Part shown: positions 32,584 to 53,069 of the stretch, in pieces
Layout of the letters: each line of letters opens with the position of its first letter
Position numbering within the stretch: position 1 is the first letter of the stretch
Source: Escherichia coli
GTDB lineage: Bacteria > Pseudomonadota > Gammaproteobacteria > Enterobacterales > Enterobacteriaceae
Strand: one strand, 5' to 3'
Assembly (NCBI RefSeq): GCF_024700885.2
Contig: NZ_CP117016.1
DNA: 64,000 nucleotides
The notes under the pieces: generated by a model
What the model saw: only the letters and a program-made list of their open reading frames with translations
What the model was told of the DNA's origin: nothing
The model's database searches: none
Position numbers and translations under genes: made by a program

Positions 32584-33848
32584 TACTTCAGCATAAAGTC
32601 ATACTGAATACTCATTTTCACATCCCAGTAATTCAGGTGATCGCCCAGTGTACTGCCATCTCGCTTTTCCCGCCCTTTATCGGCAGCAAGAAAGAAATTC
32701 ATCCCTTGTAACGGCCCTTCGCTGACCCGATAGTTCATACCACCTAAGATACCCGCGCCTTCAATCCGCACATCTCGTTTACTGGATTCATAGCCGCGAG
32801 TCACAATCGGTGCAAATGTCAGTGTAAATTGCGGCGTTAAACGATAGTTGACGCCCAATTGCCAGGACTGCATTCCTTCACGGTTACGATCAAGACTTAA
32901 TGAAAAGGGATAGCCAATGTCGGTATCCACCACGGCACCATTCATTGCATGGCGCAAATAACCACCACTGCCAAATACGCTTCCCCACAGCGCATTCCAG
33001 GTCAATTGTCCACTAACCAACGCCGTTTCATTGGGCTGGCTGGTATTACGACTTAAACCTTCGAGTTGCGCGTAAAAACCGAGCAACTCCCCTTTCAACG
33101 TATAATTCGGGTCGAGCGGTATGCTTTTCTCGAGAATACTTTGTATCTGATTGGAAACATCTTTCTGTACCGATGCCCCCAGAGAATAGCGACTGGTATC
33201 ATCATGCCAACTGGCGGCTAAAAAAGAACGTGCGCGATGTTTATCGTATTTTCCCGTCTGGCTGTTATACACCCCTTCATCACGAATACCGGTTGTTGAA
33301 TCGGTCCATAAAAATACTCGTGAACGCCACATTCCCCACAGATCAATATTTGGCGTTAAAGCCCAATAACCTAATGCTCCTTCAGAAACTGTCGGTAATG
33401 TTCGTTGCGAACTGCCAGCCATTAACGGAATACGATAAGGTAAGCTACCATAACTATAATCCGTCCCGAAGCGACCTAATTTAAGCAGACTACTTTCACT
33501 GGGTTTTATTTTTACTGCCCCTAGGGCAAAGCCAAAACTTTTATCACCATCAAGATACCACCGGGTACTCATATCAGCACGAGCACCTAATTTATAAACA
33601 TAATACGCCCCGCCTTCAACACCAATAATATTGGAATAATAACCACTATTGAAATCGAGCAATCCTCCCTGTACCCATGCGTAAATATCTCTTCCCGCGC
33701 CAGCACTGGGCTTATCAGCCCTGCGCAATTCGTTTTTCAGTCTGATGCGTAGTCCCGCTTCATCGTCAGCCAGTTGCGCCGCGTAAGCAGAGGTAAGGCC
33801 AGAGGCAGCCGTCAGGCAAATAACGGCCATGGCCACTATTTTTCTCAT
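32583..33848 (-). CDS. uidC: Outer membrane porin for glucuronides
   Basis: 421-aa ORF with signal peptide and beta-barrel-like C-terminal F. Confidence 0.95.
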   Translation of the reverse strand: MRKIVAMAVICLTAASGLTSAYAAQLADDEAGLRIRLKNELRRADKPSAGAGRDIYAWVQGGLLDFNSGYYSNIIGVEGGAYYVYKLGARADMSTRWYLDGDKSFGFALGAVKIKPSESSLLKLGRFGTDYSYGSLPYRIPLMAGSSQRTLPTVSEGALGYWALTPNIDLWGMWRSRVFLWTDSTTGIRDEGVYNSQTGKYDKHRARSFLAASWHDDTSRYSLGASVQKDVSNQIQSILEKSIPLDPNYTLKGELLGFYAQLEGLSRNTSQPNETALVSGQLTWNALWGSVFGSGGYLRHAMNGAVVDTDIGYPFSLSLDRNREGMQSWQLGVNYRLTPQFTLTFAPIVTRGYESSKRDVRIEGAGILGGMNYRVSEGPLQGMNFFLAADKGREKRDGSTLGDHLNYWDVKMSIQYDFMLK

Positions 33849-33886
33849 AGTTGCACCTTTGATGTTCTGATTATTTTTATTGAATA

Positions 33887-37119
<3,233 letters not shown>

Positions 37120-37458
37120 TTAACCAATTCTGTGTTGCACACAGTTATCTGTGAGAAACCCATGGAAGAGAAATGGAAATAAAAAGAACTGACACCGCGA
37201 TCAAAAAACCAAAAACTGCAATACCCACAGCGTGATATAGATCGCATTAATCTTTAAAACAGCGTTGACATAAGCCACAAAATAAGCAATCGAACGTTCG
37301 TTCGAGCATATTGGGAACGATAAACTCTCATGACATATGGCTACGGTGAATATTTAGGGGGGAATTCTCCGAACCCAGGAAGGATATTTTTTGCACAGAG
37401 AAATTACGATATGAAACGCGGGCTCAGTTGTCACCAGCCCGCGGAAAGAGAGAGAGGA

Positions 37459-38049
37459 TCAGGATGCGGTTAAGATACCGCCAATCATCGCGCGTAATCC
37501 CTGAGCAAACGACGCTTCACGCGCCAGATCTTCCGCTTCGATATCGGCCAGTACACCGTAGGTCAGATCCAGCAGTAAACGTGAAGTCATTGCCGTGTTG
37601 ATGTCTGGGCTTATCTCGCCTTTTTGCTGGGCATCACGCATCCGCTGGGCAACAAATTCCGTGATCGTCATATGTTTATTTTTAAGCATGGCGGCGACCT
37701 GTGGGTTACGCATCCCTTCCGCCATAATTTCGACCACCAGCGCCCGTTGTCCAAAGGCTTCATGGGTGAGAGAGACAATAGACTCGACCATATAGTCAAC
37801 GAAATGAATCCCTTCAATCGGTTCCCGGAAACGGGCCAGCGCCCTCTCCTGGTCTTGTAAGATAATCGCCTGAATCAAGGCTTCTTTGGAGATGAAATGG
37901 TGATAGAGTGTCCCGGGACTAATGGCGCAAGATTTACAGATGGCTTTCATCGAGGCACTGTGAAATCCATTTTCTGAAAAAATCTCTCTGGCAGCATTGA
38001 GGATCCGGGTCCGTGTCGGTTGTGCTTCAGTCTGCATGTTATCCATCAT
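37459..38049 (-). CDS. uidR: TetR-family repressor of the uid operon
   Basis: 196-aa ORF with N-terminal HTH. Confidence 0.96.
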   Translation of the reverse strand: MMDNMQTEAQPTRTRILNAAREIFSENGFHSASMKAICKSCAISPGTLYHHFISKEALIQAIILQDQERALARFREPIEGIHFVDYMVESIVSLTHEAFGQRALVVEIMAEGMRNPQVAAMLKNKHMTITEFVAQRMRDAQQKGEISPDINTAMTSRLLLDLTYGVLADIEAEDLAREASFAQGLRAMIGGILTAS

Positions 38050-38277
38050 TAAACCATTATAGTTAGCGTGAATAACTAGTTTACCGCGTTGTCAGGTGAG
38101 CGCCTATCATTGCTGTTGAATAGTGCGAAGGCACACTCTATTCGTATACTTTTCACCCAGCTATTGGTTAACCAATAGCCGTGATTTGGCTGCCAGTTGT
38201 TTCGCAGAGACGTTGATGAATTACACACGCTATCCCGGTAAACAACACATACGGCTGTTTACCGGTTCGTTAGTGTA

Positions 38278-39045
38278 TTAATTGAGCTCCTGTACCCCAC
38301 CACCGGAGACGGTGAGAATTTGTCCGCTTACCCAGCTGGCTGCAGGCGAGCAAAGGAACAGCGCCGCGTTAGCAATATCTTGCGGTTGGCCCAGACGTCT
38401 GATCGGCGTGTGCTGTAACATTTTTTGTTCAATTTCTGGTGTAATAACGGATTTCAGGGCATCGGTTAATATTGCCCCCGGCGCAATGCCATTCACCCGA
38501 ATATTTTTTTCACCCAGGTCAAACGCCATATTTCTGACCAGATGACTGGCCGCAGCTTTAGATGATGCATAAGAAGTCATGTTTATATTTTTATTTTCTG
38601 CCGCCATAGAAGTGATGGTCAGAATAACGCCACCGCCATTTTTTTCCATTTCTGGCGCAACAAGTTGTGACAGATGGAAAAAAGAAAACACATTCAGTTC
38701 ATAAGCACGGCGAAAATCCGCCATTGGCATATCAAACGGTTTAGGACCACCGCCACCGGCGTTGTTAACCAGAATATCAACTTTACCCAGCTTACTGACG
38801 GCAAAGTCTGCCAGTGCAGAGAGTTCCTGTTCGGAAGTAATATCACAACGGCAGGCAAATGCCTGACCACCCAGTTGTTGAATTTCATCTACAACATGGT
38901 TAGCTGCGTCGGCGTTAATATCACTGACCACCACAGATGCGCCAGCTGTCGCGAATGTAATGGCAATTTCTTTACCAATACCTGCACCGGCACCTGTGAT
39001 GATGGCACATTTTCCGTCGAGTCTCAGGTTGTCAGAATTAAACAC
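38278..39045 (-). CDS. hdhA: 7-alpha-hydroxysteroid dehydrogenase
   Basis: 255-aa SDR ORF with GAGAGIG Rossmann motif. Confidence 0.96.
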   Translation of the reverse strand: MFNSDNLRLDGKCAIITGAGAGIGKEIAITFATAGASVVVSDINADAANHVVDEIQQLGGQAFACRCDITSEQELSALADFAVSKLGKVDILVNNAGGGGPKPFDMPMADFRRAYELNVFSFFHLSQLVAPEMEKNGGGVILTITSMAAENKNINMTSYASSKAAASHLVRNMAFDLGEKNIRVNGIAPGAILTDALKSVITPEIEQKMLQHTPIRRLGQPQDIANAALFLCSPAASWVSGQILTVSGGGVQELN

Positions 39046-39156
39046 ATAAACCTCCTGTGAACTTCAGTAAAAATAAAAGGCACCGCCTGTGTGCCACATT
39101 TTTTATCATTAACCTTGAGGAAAGGACACTACCAGGTATAGCAGATAAAGAGAGGA

Positions 39157-41952
<2,796 letters not shown>

Positions 41953-41961
41953 GGATAAGAT

Positions 41962-43134
41962 ATGTTCGATTTTTCAAAGGTCGTGGATCGTCATGGCACA
42001 TGGTGTACGCAGTGGGATTATGTCGCTGACCGTTTCGGCACTGCTGACCTGTTACCGTTCACGATTTCAGACATGGATTTTGCCACTGCCCCCTGCATTA
42101 TCGAGGCGCTGAATCAGCGCCTGATGCACGGCGTGTTTGGCTACAGCCGCTGGAAAAACGATGAGTTTCTCGCGGCTATTGCCCACTGGTTTTCCACCCA
42201 GCATTACACCGCAATTGATACGCAGTCGGTAGTGTATGGCCCTTCTGTTATCTACATGGTCTCGGAACTGATTCGTCAGTGGTCTGAAAAAGGTGAAGGC
42301 GTGGTGATCCACACACCCGCCTATGACGCATTTTACAAGGCCATTGAAGGTAACCAGCGCACAGTAATGCCCGTCGCTTTAGAGAAGCGGGCTGACGGCT
42401 GGTTTTGCGATATGGGCAAGCTGGAAGCCGTGTTGGCGAAACCAGAATGTAAAATTATGCTCCTGTGTAGCCCACAGAATCCTACCGGGAAAGTGTGGAC
42501 GTGCGATGAACTGGAGATCATGGCTGACCTGTGCGAGCGTCATGGTGTGCGGGTTATTTCCGATGAAATCCATATGGATATGGTTTGGGGCGAGCAGCCG
42601 CATATTCCCTGGAGTAATGTGGCGCGCGGAGACTGGGCATTGCTAACGTCGGGATCGAAAAGTTTCAATATTCCCGCCCTGACCGGTGCTTACGGGATTA
42701 TAGAAAATTGCAGCAGCCGTGATGCCTATTTATCGGCACTGAAAGGACGTGATGGCCTTTCTTCCCCTTCAGTACTGGCGTTAACTGCCCATATCGCCGC
42801 CTATCAGCAAGGCGCGCCGTGGCTGGATGCCTTACGCGTCTATCTGAAAGATAACCTGACGTATATCGCAGATAAAATGAACGCCGCGTTCCCTGAACTC
42901 AACTGGCAGATCCCGCAATCCACTTATCTGGCCTGGCTTGATCTACGTCCGTTGAATATTGACGACAACGCGTTGCAAAAAGCGCTTATCGAGCAAGAGA
43001 AGGTCGCGATCATGCCGGGGTATACCTACGGTGAAGAAGGTCGTGGTTTTGTCCGTCTCAATGCCGGCTGCCCACGTTCGAAACTGGAAAAGGGTGTTGC
43101 TGGATTAATTAACGCCATCCGCGCTGTTCGTTAA
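41962..43134 (+). CDS. malY: Bifunctional beta-cystathionase / maltose regulon modulator
   Basis: 390-aa PLP-aminotransferase-fold ORF. Confidence 0.96.
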   Translation: MFDFSKVVDRHGTWCTQWDYVADRFGTADLLPFTISDMDFATAPCIIEALNQRLMHGVFGYSRWKNDEFLAAIAHWFSTQHYTAIDTQSVVYGPSVIYMVSELIRQWSEKGEGVVIHTPAYDAFYKAIEGNQRTVMPVALEKRADGWFCDMGKLEAVLAKPECKIMLLCSPQNPTGKVWTCDELEIMADLCERHGVRVISDEIHMDMVWGEQPHIPWSNVARGDWALLTSGSKSFNIPALTGAYGIIENCSSRDAYLSALKGRDGLSSPSVLALTAHIAAYQQGAPWLDALRVYLKDNLTYIADKMNAAFPELNWQIPQSTYLAWLDLRPLNIDDNALQKALIEQEKVAIMPGYTYGEEGRGFVRLNAGCPRSKLEKGVAGLINAIRAVR

Positions 43135-43237
43135 CCCCAATTGCGCAACGTAAAAAATCGTTGCGCAATCGTGGATTTTTACCCTGCTTTGTTTTTATAA
43201 TGGTGCGCACTTTTATATCCAGAAAAAGAGTGCGACC

Positions 43238-44239
43238 ATGATTGATACCACCCTGCCATTAACTGATATCCATCGCCACCTTGATGGCAACATTCGTCCC
43301 CAGACCATTCTTGAACTTGGCCGCCAGTATAATATCTCGCTTCCTGCACAATCCCTGGAAACACTGATTCCCCACGTTCAGGTCATTGCCAACGAACCCG
43401 ATCTGGTGAGCTTTCTGACCAAACTTGACTGGGGCGTTAAAGTTCTCGCCTCTCTTGATGCCTGTCGCCGCGTGGCATTTGAAAACATTGAAGATGCATC
43501 CCGTAACGGCCTGCACTATGTCGAGCTGCGTTTTTCACCGGGCTACATGGCAATGGCTCATCAGCTGCCTGTAGCGGGTGTTGTCGAAGCGGTGATCGAT
43601 GGCGTATGTGAAGGTTGCCGTACCTTTGGTGTGCAGGCGAAGCTTATCGGCATTATGAGCCGGACCTTCGGTGAAGCCGCCTGTCAGCAAGAGCTGGAGG
43701 CCTTTTTAGCCCATCGTGACCAGATTACCGCACTTGATTTAGCCGGTGATGAACTTGGTTTCCCGGGAAGTCTGTTCCTTTCTCACTTCAACCGCGCGCG
43801 TGATGCGGGCTGGCATATTACCGTCCATGCAGGCGAAGCTGCCGGGCCGGAAAGCATCTGGCAGGCGATTCGTGAACTGGGGGCGGAACGTATTGGACAT
43901 GGCGTAAAAGCCATTGAAGATCGGGCGCTGATGGATTTTCTCGCCGAGCAGCAAATTGGTATTGAATCCTGTCTGACCTCCAATATTCAGACCAGCACCG
44001 TGGCAGAGCTGGCGGCACATCCGCTGAAAACGTTCCTTGAGCATGGCATTCGTGCCAGCATTAACACTGACGATCCCGGCGTACAGGGAGTGGATATCAT
44101 TCACGAATATACCGTTGCCGCGCCGGCTGCTGGGTTATCCCGCGAGCAAATCCGCCAGGCGCAGATTAATGGTCTGGAAATGGCTTTCCTCAGCGCAGAG
44201 GAAAAACGCGCACTGCGAGAAAAAGTCGCTGCGAAGTAA
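43238..44239 (+). CDS. add: Adenosine deaminase
   Basis: 333-aa ORF beginning [21 protein letters not shown]. Confidence 0.97.
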   Translation: MIDTTLPLTDIHRHLDGNIRPQTILELGRQYNISLPAQSLETLIPHVQVIANEPDLVSFLTKLDWGVKVLASLDACRRVAFENIEDASRNGLHYVELRFSPGYMAMAHQLPVAGVVEAVIDGVCEGCRTFGVQAKLIGIMSRTFGEAACQQELEAFLAHRDQITALDLAGDELGFPGSLFLSHFNRARDAGWHITVHAGEAAGPESIWQAIRELGAERIGHGVKAIEDRALMDFLAEQQIGIESCLTSNIQTSTVAELAAHPLKTFLEHGIRASINTDDPGVQGVDIIHEYTVAAPAAGLSREQIRQAQINGLEMAFLSAEEKRALREKVAAK

Positions 44240-44246
44240 CAAAAAT

Positions 44247-44274
44247 GGATGGTGCTAATTGCACCATCCTCTTT
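44247..44274. terminator. Bidirectional terminator between add and ydgJ
   Basis: ggatggtgc-taatt-gcaccatcc then tcttttc. Confidence 0.6.
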
Positions 44275-45315
44275 TCACGCAAGGCACAGCGTCGCGCGAT
44301 GTTTGGCGGATTCGATGCCCAGCTCAATCAACTCCATTACCTGGATTGCCTGACTTGCCGGAACCGGATTTTCACCATCGCCATTTAACGCATCACGAAT
44401 AGCCGCATAGTAAGCCGGATAATTCCCTGGTACTGTCAACAGCGTTTCTTCGACACGTTCCTCACCTTCCACGCGGGTAAGTACGCCATCACGCATATCG
44501 TAGCCCCAGTCTTCCTGCGGCAGACGCTCGCCATTTTTCAGACGTTCTTCCTGTGGATCGAGGCCATATTTCACATAACTGCCTCGGGATCCATGCACGA
44601 TATAACGTGCTGACTCAGCGGCTGCCAGCATGGTGCCGTGTAAAATGACTCGCCGCTGCGGATAGGACAAGATGGCGTGGAAATAATCAGTCGACTGCGC
44701 TCCGGGCCGTAACTGTGCCAAATCTACCGTCATGCTAACCGGTAAACCAAATAGCGTAATGGCCTGATCAAGAAGATGCGGTGCTAAATCGTACCAGATA
44801 CCGCTGCCAGGGCCGCCCTGTTCACGCCAACGATCGCGCACCTGCGGACGGAAGCGGTCAAAATGAGACTCAAAGTAAGCAACTTCACCCAGTACGCCTT
44901 CCGCGAGCAAACCTTTTAGCGTCAGGAAATCGCTATCCCAGCGACGGTTATGGAATACAGACAGCACACGCCCCAGGCTTTTTGCCAGCGCTTCCAGCTC
45001 TCGCGCTTGTGACAGTGTCACGGTAAAGGGTTTATCAACGACCACATGTTTACCCGCCTCAAGCGCCGCTTTGGCTAACGGGAAATGGGTATCGTTGGGT
45101 GTAGGAATGACAATCAGGTCTATGTTGGGATCGTTAAACAGATGCTTCGGCTCAGAGACAACCGTAACCGTTGGCCAGTCGGCTTTTACTTTTGTTTCAT
45201 TGCTGCTGGAGATTACCGCCAGTTCCAGCCCGGGCGTGCCCGCAATCAGGGGCGCATGGAAGGTTTTGCTCGCATAACCATACCCAATCAACCCAACACG
45301 GATGTTGTCGCTCAT
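44275..45315 (-). CDS. ydgJ: Gfo/Idh/MocA-family oxidoreductase
   Basis: ORF 44275..45354; start placed at MSDNIRVGLIGYGY (45315) giving 346 aa. Confidence 0.95.
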   Translation of the reverse strand: MSDNIRVGLIGYGYASKTFHAPLIAGTPGLELAVISSSNETKVKADWPTVTVVSEPKHLFNDPNIDLIVIPTPNDTHFPLAKAALEAGKHVVVDKPFTVTLSQARELEALAKSLGRVLSVFHNRRWDSDFLTLKGLLAEGVLGEVAYFESHFDRFRPQVRDRWREQGGPGSGIWYDLAPHLLDQAITLFGLPVSMTVDLAQLRPGAQSTDYFHAILSYPQRRVILHGTMLAAAESARYIVHGSRGSYVKYGLDPQEERLKNGERLPQEDWGYDMRDGVLTRVEGEERVEETLLTVPGNYPAYYAAIRDALNGDGENPVPASQAIQVMELIELGIESAKHRATLCLA

Positions 45316-45557
45316 GTCATTGCCTCTCATTGAAGTATGATGGCTATTTGACACTATCCTTTACCCTCGCTCAACAGTTTAATAACCTGCCAGCAATAAG
45401 GGATGTTGTTTAACTTAAGTCAAAAAAATAGCGAATTTTCCAACGACAAAAGCTAAATATCGCAAAAACCTCAGTAAAAATCTTGCTGGAGCTATTATTG
45501 CTAAGTAACATTTACCCCCTGAAGTTAATGGATCAATCAACAGAGATGTGGGCTGTA

Positions 45558-45683
45558 ATGAATCGTCTTATTGAATTAACAGGTTGGATCGTTCTTGTCG
45601 TTTCAGTCATTCTTCTTGGCGTGGCAAGTCACATTGACAACTATCAGCCACCTGAACAGAGTACTACGGTACAACACAAGTAA
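45558..45683 (+). CDS. blr: Small membrane protein Blr (41 aa)
   Basis: MNRLIELTGWIVLVVSVILLGVASHIDNYQPPEQSTTVQHK within ORF 45483..45683. Confidence 0.85.
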   Translation: MNRLIELTGWIVLVVSVILLGVASHIDNYQPPEQSTTVQHK

Positions 45684-45955
45684 GCTCTGCGCTTGTAGAG
45701 CGACATGCTGCCCGTCCGGGTGCATGTTTTCACTTGTCGGATATTAAACCAGGAATTTATTATCTTGTTCGATGTTGTTGGTGATTGTCAGAGATAGTAA
45801 AGCGCGTTACTCTTTTCAGAGCAGTTTTTCATCCCTGAATATTTGCCATCAGCGCATTCTTATTATTGTAATAACACAAGCGTTCACTTTTGGTGAAATT
45901 TTATCATCACTAATAATACCTACCCCTTTGGTATTAATTATTTTATGGACCTTTT

Positions 45956-46171
45956 ATGACTGTTCAGGACTACTTATTAAAATTTCGCAAAATCAGTTCA
46001 CTCGAAAGTCTGGAAAAACTCTACGACCATCTTAATTACACCCTGACGGACGATCAGGAACTGATCAATATGTATCGTGCTGCCGATCACCGTCGCGCAG
46101 AGCTGGTTTCTGGCGGGCGTTTGTTTGACCTCGGCCAGGTACCGAAGTCCGTCTGGCACTATGTCCAATAA
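45956..46171 (+). CDS. cnu: Hha-family nucleoid-associated protein Cnu (YdgT)
   Basis: 71-aa ORF recognised as Cnu. Confidence 0.95.
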
Positions 46172-46256
46172 AGAAAGTAGCGATCGGTTATAAAAGCCTT
46201 ATAATAACGCCCCTAAAATTAGATTTGCCTGTTTGCGCCGCTATTCTGGAGAACCT

Positions 46257-46697
46257 ATGACCACCACAACGCCACAACGTATTGGAGGCTGGTTGCTTGG
46301 CCCATTGGCCTGGCTTTTAGTCGCTCTGTTAAGTACGACGCTGGCGTTGTTGCTGTATACCGCTGCGTTATCTTCTCCGCAAACATTTCAAACGCTCGGC
46401 GAACAAGCACTGACGACACAAATCTTATGGGGCGTTTCTTTTATTACCGCTATCGCCATGTGGTATTACACACTGTGGTTGACCATCGCTTTCTTTAAAC
46501 GTCGGCGTTGTGTTCCTAAACACTATATTATCTGGCTGCTTATTTCCGTATTGCTGGCAGTAAAAGCGTTCGCTTTTTCACCCGTGGAAGATGGCATAGC
46601 CGTTCGCCAGTTACTGTTTACTTTGTTGGCAACCGCATTGATCGTCCCCTATTTTAAACGCTCGTCGCGGGTGAAAGCGACGTTTGTGAATCCGTAA
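46257..46697 (+). CDS. ydgK: Inner membrane protein (DUF2569)
   Basis: ORF 46233..46697; start placed at MTTTTPQRIGGW (46257) giving 146 aa. Confidence 0.93.
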   Translation: MTTTTPQRIGGWLLGPLAWLLVALLSTTLALLLYTAALSSPQTFQTLGEQALTTQILWGVSFITAIAMWYYTLWLTIAFFKRRRCVPKHYIIWLLISVLLAVKAFAFSPVEDGIAVRQLLFTLLATALIVPYFKRSSRVKATFVNP

Positions 46698-46773
46698 TAA
46701 CCTTACAGTTAACCTGTTGTCGCCTGCTCTGGATTAACGGATAATAGGCGGCTTTTTTATTTCAGGCCGAAAA

Positions 46774-47354
46774 ATGACTGACTACCTGTTACTGTTTGTC
46801 GGAACTGTACTGGTCAATAACTTTGTACTGGTCAAGTTTCTCGGTCTCTGTCCGTTTATGGGGGTTTCCAAAAAGCTGGAAACCGCGATGGGCATGGGGC
46901 TGGCTACAACGTTTGTGATGACGCTGGCGTCTATTTGCGCCTGGCTTATCGATACGTGGATTTTGATCCCGCTTAATCTGATTTACCTGCGCACCCTGGC
47001 GTTTATTCTGGTGATTGCTGTGGTTGTGCAGTTCACCGAGATGGTAGTGCGCAAAACCAGCCCGGTGCTTTACCGTCTGCTGGGGATTTTTTTGCCGCTT
47101 ATCACCACCAACTGTGCAGTGCTCGGCGTGGCATTGCTGAATATCAATCTCGGGCACAATTTCTTGCAGTCGGCGCTGTACGGTTTTTCCGCCGCTGTCG
47201 GTTTCTCGCTGGTGATGGTGCTCTTCGCCGCCATCCGCGAACGCCTTGCTGTGGCTGATGTCCCGGCACCTTTTCGCGGTAATGCCATTGCGTTAATTAC
47301 CGCAGGTCTTATGTCTCTGGCCTTTATGGGCTTTAGTGGTTTGGTGAAGTTGTA

Positions 47355-47355
<1 letters not shown>
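46774..47355 (+). CDS. rsxA: SoxR-reducing system / Rnf-type complex subunit A
   Basis: 193-aa membrane ORF. Confidence 0.96.
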
Positions 47356-50052
<2,697 letters not shown>

Positions 50053-51111
50053 ATGGTATTCAGAATAGCTAGCTCCCCTTATACCCATAACCAGCGCCAA
50101 ACATCGCGCATTATGCTGTTGGTGTTGCTCGCAGCCGTGCCAGGAATCGCAGCGCAACTGTGGTTTTTTGGTTGGGGTACTCTCGTTCAGATCCTGTTGG
50201 CGTCGGTCAGTGCTCTGTTAGCCGAAGCTCTCGTACTCAAACTACGCAAGCAGTCGGTAGCCGCAACGTTGAGAGATAACTCAGCATTGCTGACAGGCTT
50301 ATTGCTGGCGGTAAGTATTCCCCCCCTCGCGCCATGGTGGATGGTCGTACTGGGTACGGTGTTTGCGGTGATCATCGCTAAACAGTTGTATGGCGGTCTG
50401 GGGCAAAACCCGTTTAATCCGGCAATGATTGGTTATGTGGTCTTACTGATCTCCTTCCCGGTGCAGATGACCAGCTGGTTACCGCCGCATGACATTGCGG
50501 TCAACATCCCTGGTTTTATCGACGCCATACAGGTTATTTTCAGCGGTCATACCACCAGTGGTGGTGATATGAACACGCTACGCTTAGGTATTGATGGCAT
50601 TAGTCAGGCGACACCGCTGGATACATTTAAAACCTCTGTCCGCGCAGGTCATTCGGTTGAACAGATTATGCAATATCCGATCTACAGCGGTATTCTGGCG
50701 GGCGCTGGTTGGCAATGGGTAAATCTCGCCTGGCTGGCTGGCGGCGTGTGGTTGCTATGGCAGAAAGCGATTCGCTGGCATATTCCCCTCAGCTTCTTAG
50801 TAACGCTGGCGTTATGCGCAACGTTGGGCTGGTTGTTCTCACCAGAAACACTGGCATCACCGCAAATTCATCTGCTGTCTGGTGCGACTATGCTCTGCGC
50901 ATTCTTTATTTTGACTGACCCGGTTACTGCTTCTACGACCAATCGTGGTCGTCTGATGTTCGGCGCGCTGGCGGGCTTATTAGTCTGGTTGATCCGCAGT
51001 TTCGGCGGCTATCCTGACGGCGTGGCTTTTGCCGTCCTGCTGGCGAACATCACGGTTCCTCTGATCGATTACTACACGCGTCCGCGCGTCTACGGACATC
51101 GCAAAGGGTAA
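50053..51111 (+). CDS. rsxD: Rnf-type complex subunit D
   Basis: 352-aa membrane ORF. Confidence 0.96.
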   Translation: MVFRIASSPYTHNQRQTSRIMLLVLLAAVPGIAAQLWFFGWGTLVQILLASVSALLAEALVLKLRKQSVAATLRDNSALLTGLLLAVSIPPLAPWWMVVLGTVFAVIIAKQLYGGLGQNPFNPAMIGYVVLLISFPVQMTSWLPPHDIAVNIPGFIDAIQVIFSGHTTSGGDMNTLRLGIDGISQATPLDTFKTSVRAGHSVEQIMQYPIYSGILAGAGWQWVNLAWLAGGVWLLWQKAIRWHIPLSFLVTLALCATLGWLFSPETLASPQIHLLSGATMLCAFFILTDPVTASTTNRGRLMFGALAGLLVWLIRSFGGYPDGVAFAVLLANITVPLIDYYTRPRVYGHRKG

Positions 51112-51114
51112 ACC

Positions 51115-51735
51115 ATGCTGAAAACTATCCGAAAACACGGCATTACACTGGCACTATTTGCAGCGGGTTCTACAGGGTTAACTGCGGCCATCAACCAGAT
51201 GACCAAAACGACAATTGCTGAACAGGCCAGTCTGCAACAAAAGGCGTTATTTGATCAGGTGCTGCCAGCCGAACGCTATAACAATGCGCTGGCACAGAGT
51301 TGCTATCTGGTAACTGCGCCAGAGTTAGGTAAAGGTGAGCATCGGGTTTACATCGCCAAACAGGATGACAAACCGGTAGCCGCCGTTCTGGAAGCAACCG
51401 CGCCAGATGGCTATTCTGGTGCGATTCAGCTGCTGGTGGGAGCCGATTTTAACGGCACGGTACTAGGCACGCGCGTGACAGAGCACCACGAAACGCCAGG
51501 GCTTGGCGATAAAATCGAACTGCGCCTTTCTGACTGGATCACCCATTTTGCGGGTAAAAAAATCAGTGGTGCGGATGATGCGCACTGGGCGGTGAAGAAA
51601 GATGGTGGTAATTTCGACCAGTTCACCGGCGCGACGATTACTCCGCGCGCGGTGGTAAATGCGGTAAAACGCGCCGGATTGTACGCTCAGACGTTACCGG
51701 CACAACTTTCTCAACTTCCTGCCTGTGGAGAATAA
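51115..51735 (+). CDS. rsxG: Rnf-type complex subunit G
   Basis: 206-aa ORF. Confidence 0.96.
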   Translation: MLKTIRKHGITLALFAAGSTGLTAAINQMTKTTIAEQASLQQKALFDQVLPAERYNNALAQSCYLVTAPELGKGEHRVYIAKQDDKPVAAVLEATAPDGYSGAIQLLVGADFNGTVLGTRVTEHHETPGLGDKIELRLSDWITHFAGKKISGADDAHWAVKKDGGNFDQFTGATITPRAVVNAVKRAGLYAQTLPAQLSQLPACGE

Positions 51736-51738
51736 AGC

Positions 51739-52434
51739 GTGAGCGAAATTAAAGACGTTATTGTTCAGGGGTTGTGGAAAAACAACTCTGCGCTGGTCCA
51801 GTTGCTCGGCCTTTGTCCGCTGCTGGCGGTCACGTCCACTGCCACCAACGCCCTGGGTTTAGGACTTGCGACTACGCTGGTACTGACGCTGACCAACCTG
51901 ACCATTTCGACGCTGCGTCACTGGACGCCAGCCGAGATCCGCATTCCCATTTACGTGATGATCATCGCCTCGGTGGTCAGCGCTGTACAGATGCTGATCA
52001 ACGCCTACGCCTTTGGCCTGTATCAATCATTAGGGATTTTTATTCCGCTGATTGTCACTAACTGTATCGTTGTGGGCCGCGCTGAAGCCTTCGCCGCCAA
52101 AAAAGGTCCGGCGCTTTCGGCACTGGACGGCTTTTCAATTGGTATGGGCGCAACCTGCGCCATGTTCGTGCTGGGTTCACTACGCGAAATAATCGGCAAT
52201 GGCACGTTGTTTGACGGTGCAGATGCGCTGTTAGGTAGCTGGGCAAAAGTATTACGCGTGGAAATTTTCCACACCGACTCCCCTTTCCTGCTGGCGATGC
52301 TGCCACCAGGTGCATTTATTGGCCTGGGACTGATGCTGGCAGGAAAATACCTGATTGATGAAAGAATGAAAAAGCGCCGTACTGAAGCAGCTGCCGAACG
52401 TGCATTGCCAAACGGTGAAACAGGGAATGTCTGA
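51739..52434 (+). CDS. rsxE: Rnf-type complex subunit E
   Basis: 231-aa ORF with GTG start. Confidence 0.95.
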
Positions 52435-53069
52435 TGAACAAAGCAAAACGCCTGGAGATCCTCACTCGCCTGCGTGAGAACAATCCTCATCCCACCACCG
52501 AGCTTAATTTCAGTTCGCCTTTTGAATTGCTGATTGCCGTACTGCTTTCCGCTCAGGCGACCGATGTCAGTGTTAATAAGGCGACGGCGAAACTCTACCC
52601 GGTGGCTAATACACCTGCAGCGATGCTTGAACTGGGCGTCGAAGGGGTGAAAACCTATATCAAAACCATTGGTCTTTATAACAGCAAAGCAGAAAATATC
52701 ATCAAAACCTGCCGTATCTTACTGGAACAGCATAATGGCGAGGTTCCGGAAGATCGTGCTGCGCTTGAAGCCCTGCCTGGTGTAGGTCGTAAAACAGCCA
52801 ACGTCGTATTAAACACTGCATTCGGCTGGCCGACTATTGCTGTCGACACGCACATTTTCCGCGTTTGTAATCGTACTCAATTTGCGCCGGGGAAAAACGT
52901 CGAACAGGTAGAAGAAAAGCTACTGAAAGTGGTTCCGGCAGAGTTTAAAGTCGACTGCCACCATTGGTTGATCCTGCACGGGCGTTATACCTGTATTGCC
53001 CGCAAGCCTCGCTGTGGCTCTTGTATTATTGAAGATCTTTGTGAATACAAAGAGAAAGTTGACATCTGA
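52434..53069 (+). CDS. nth: Endonuclease III
   Basis: 211-aa ORF with HhH-GPD region and C-terminal 4Fe-4S Cys cluster. Confidence 0.97.
   Translation: MNKAKRLEILTRLRENNPHPTTELNFSSPFELLIAVLLSAQATDVSVNKATAKLYPVANTPAAMLELGVEGVKTYIKTIGLYNSKAENIIKTCRILLEQHNGEVPEDRAALEALPGVGRKTANVVLNTAFGWPTIAVDTHIFRVCNRTQFAPGKNVEQVEEKLLKVVPAEFKVDCHHWLILHGRYTCIARKPRCGSCIIEDLCEYKEKVDI

Noticed and set aside
45772-46035. 87-aa ORF between blr and cnu
   Set aside because: Overlaps the cnu start, is AT-rich and Ile/Leu-rich; probably promoter region rather than a gene
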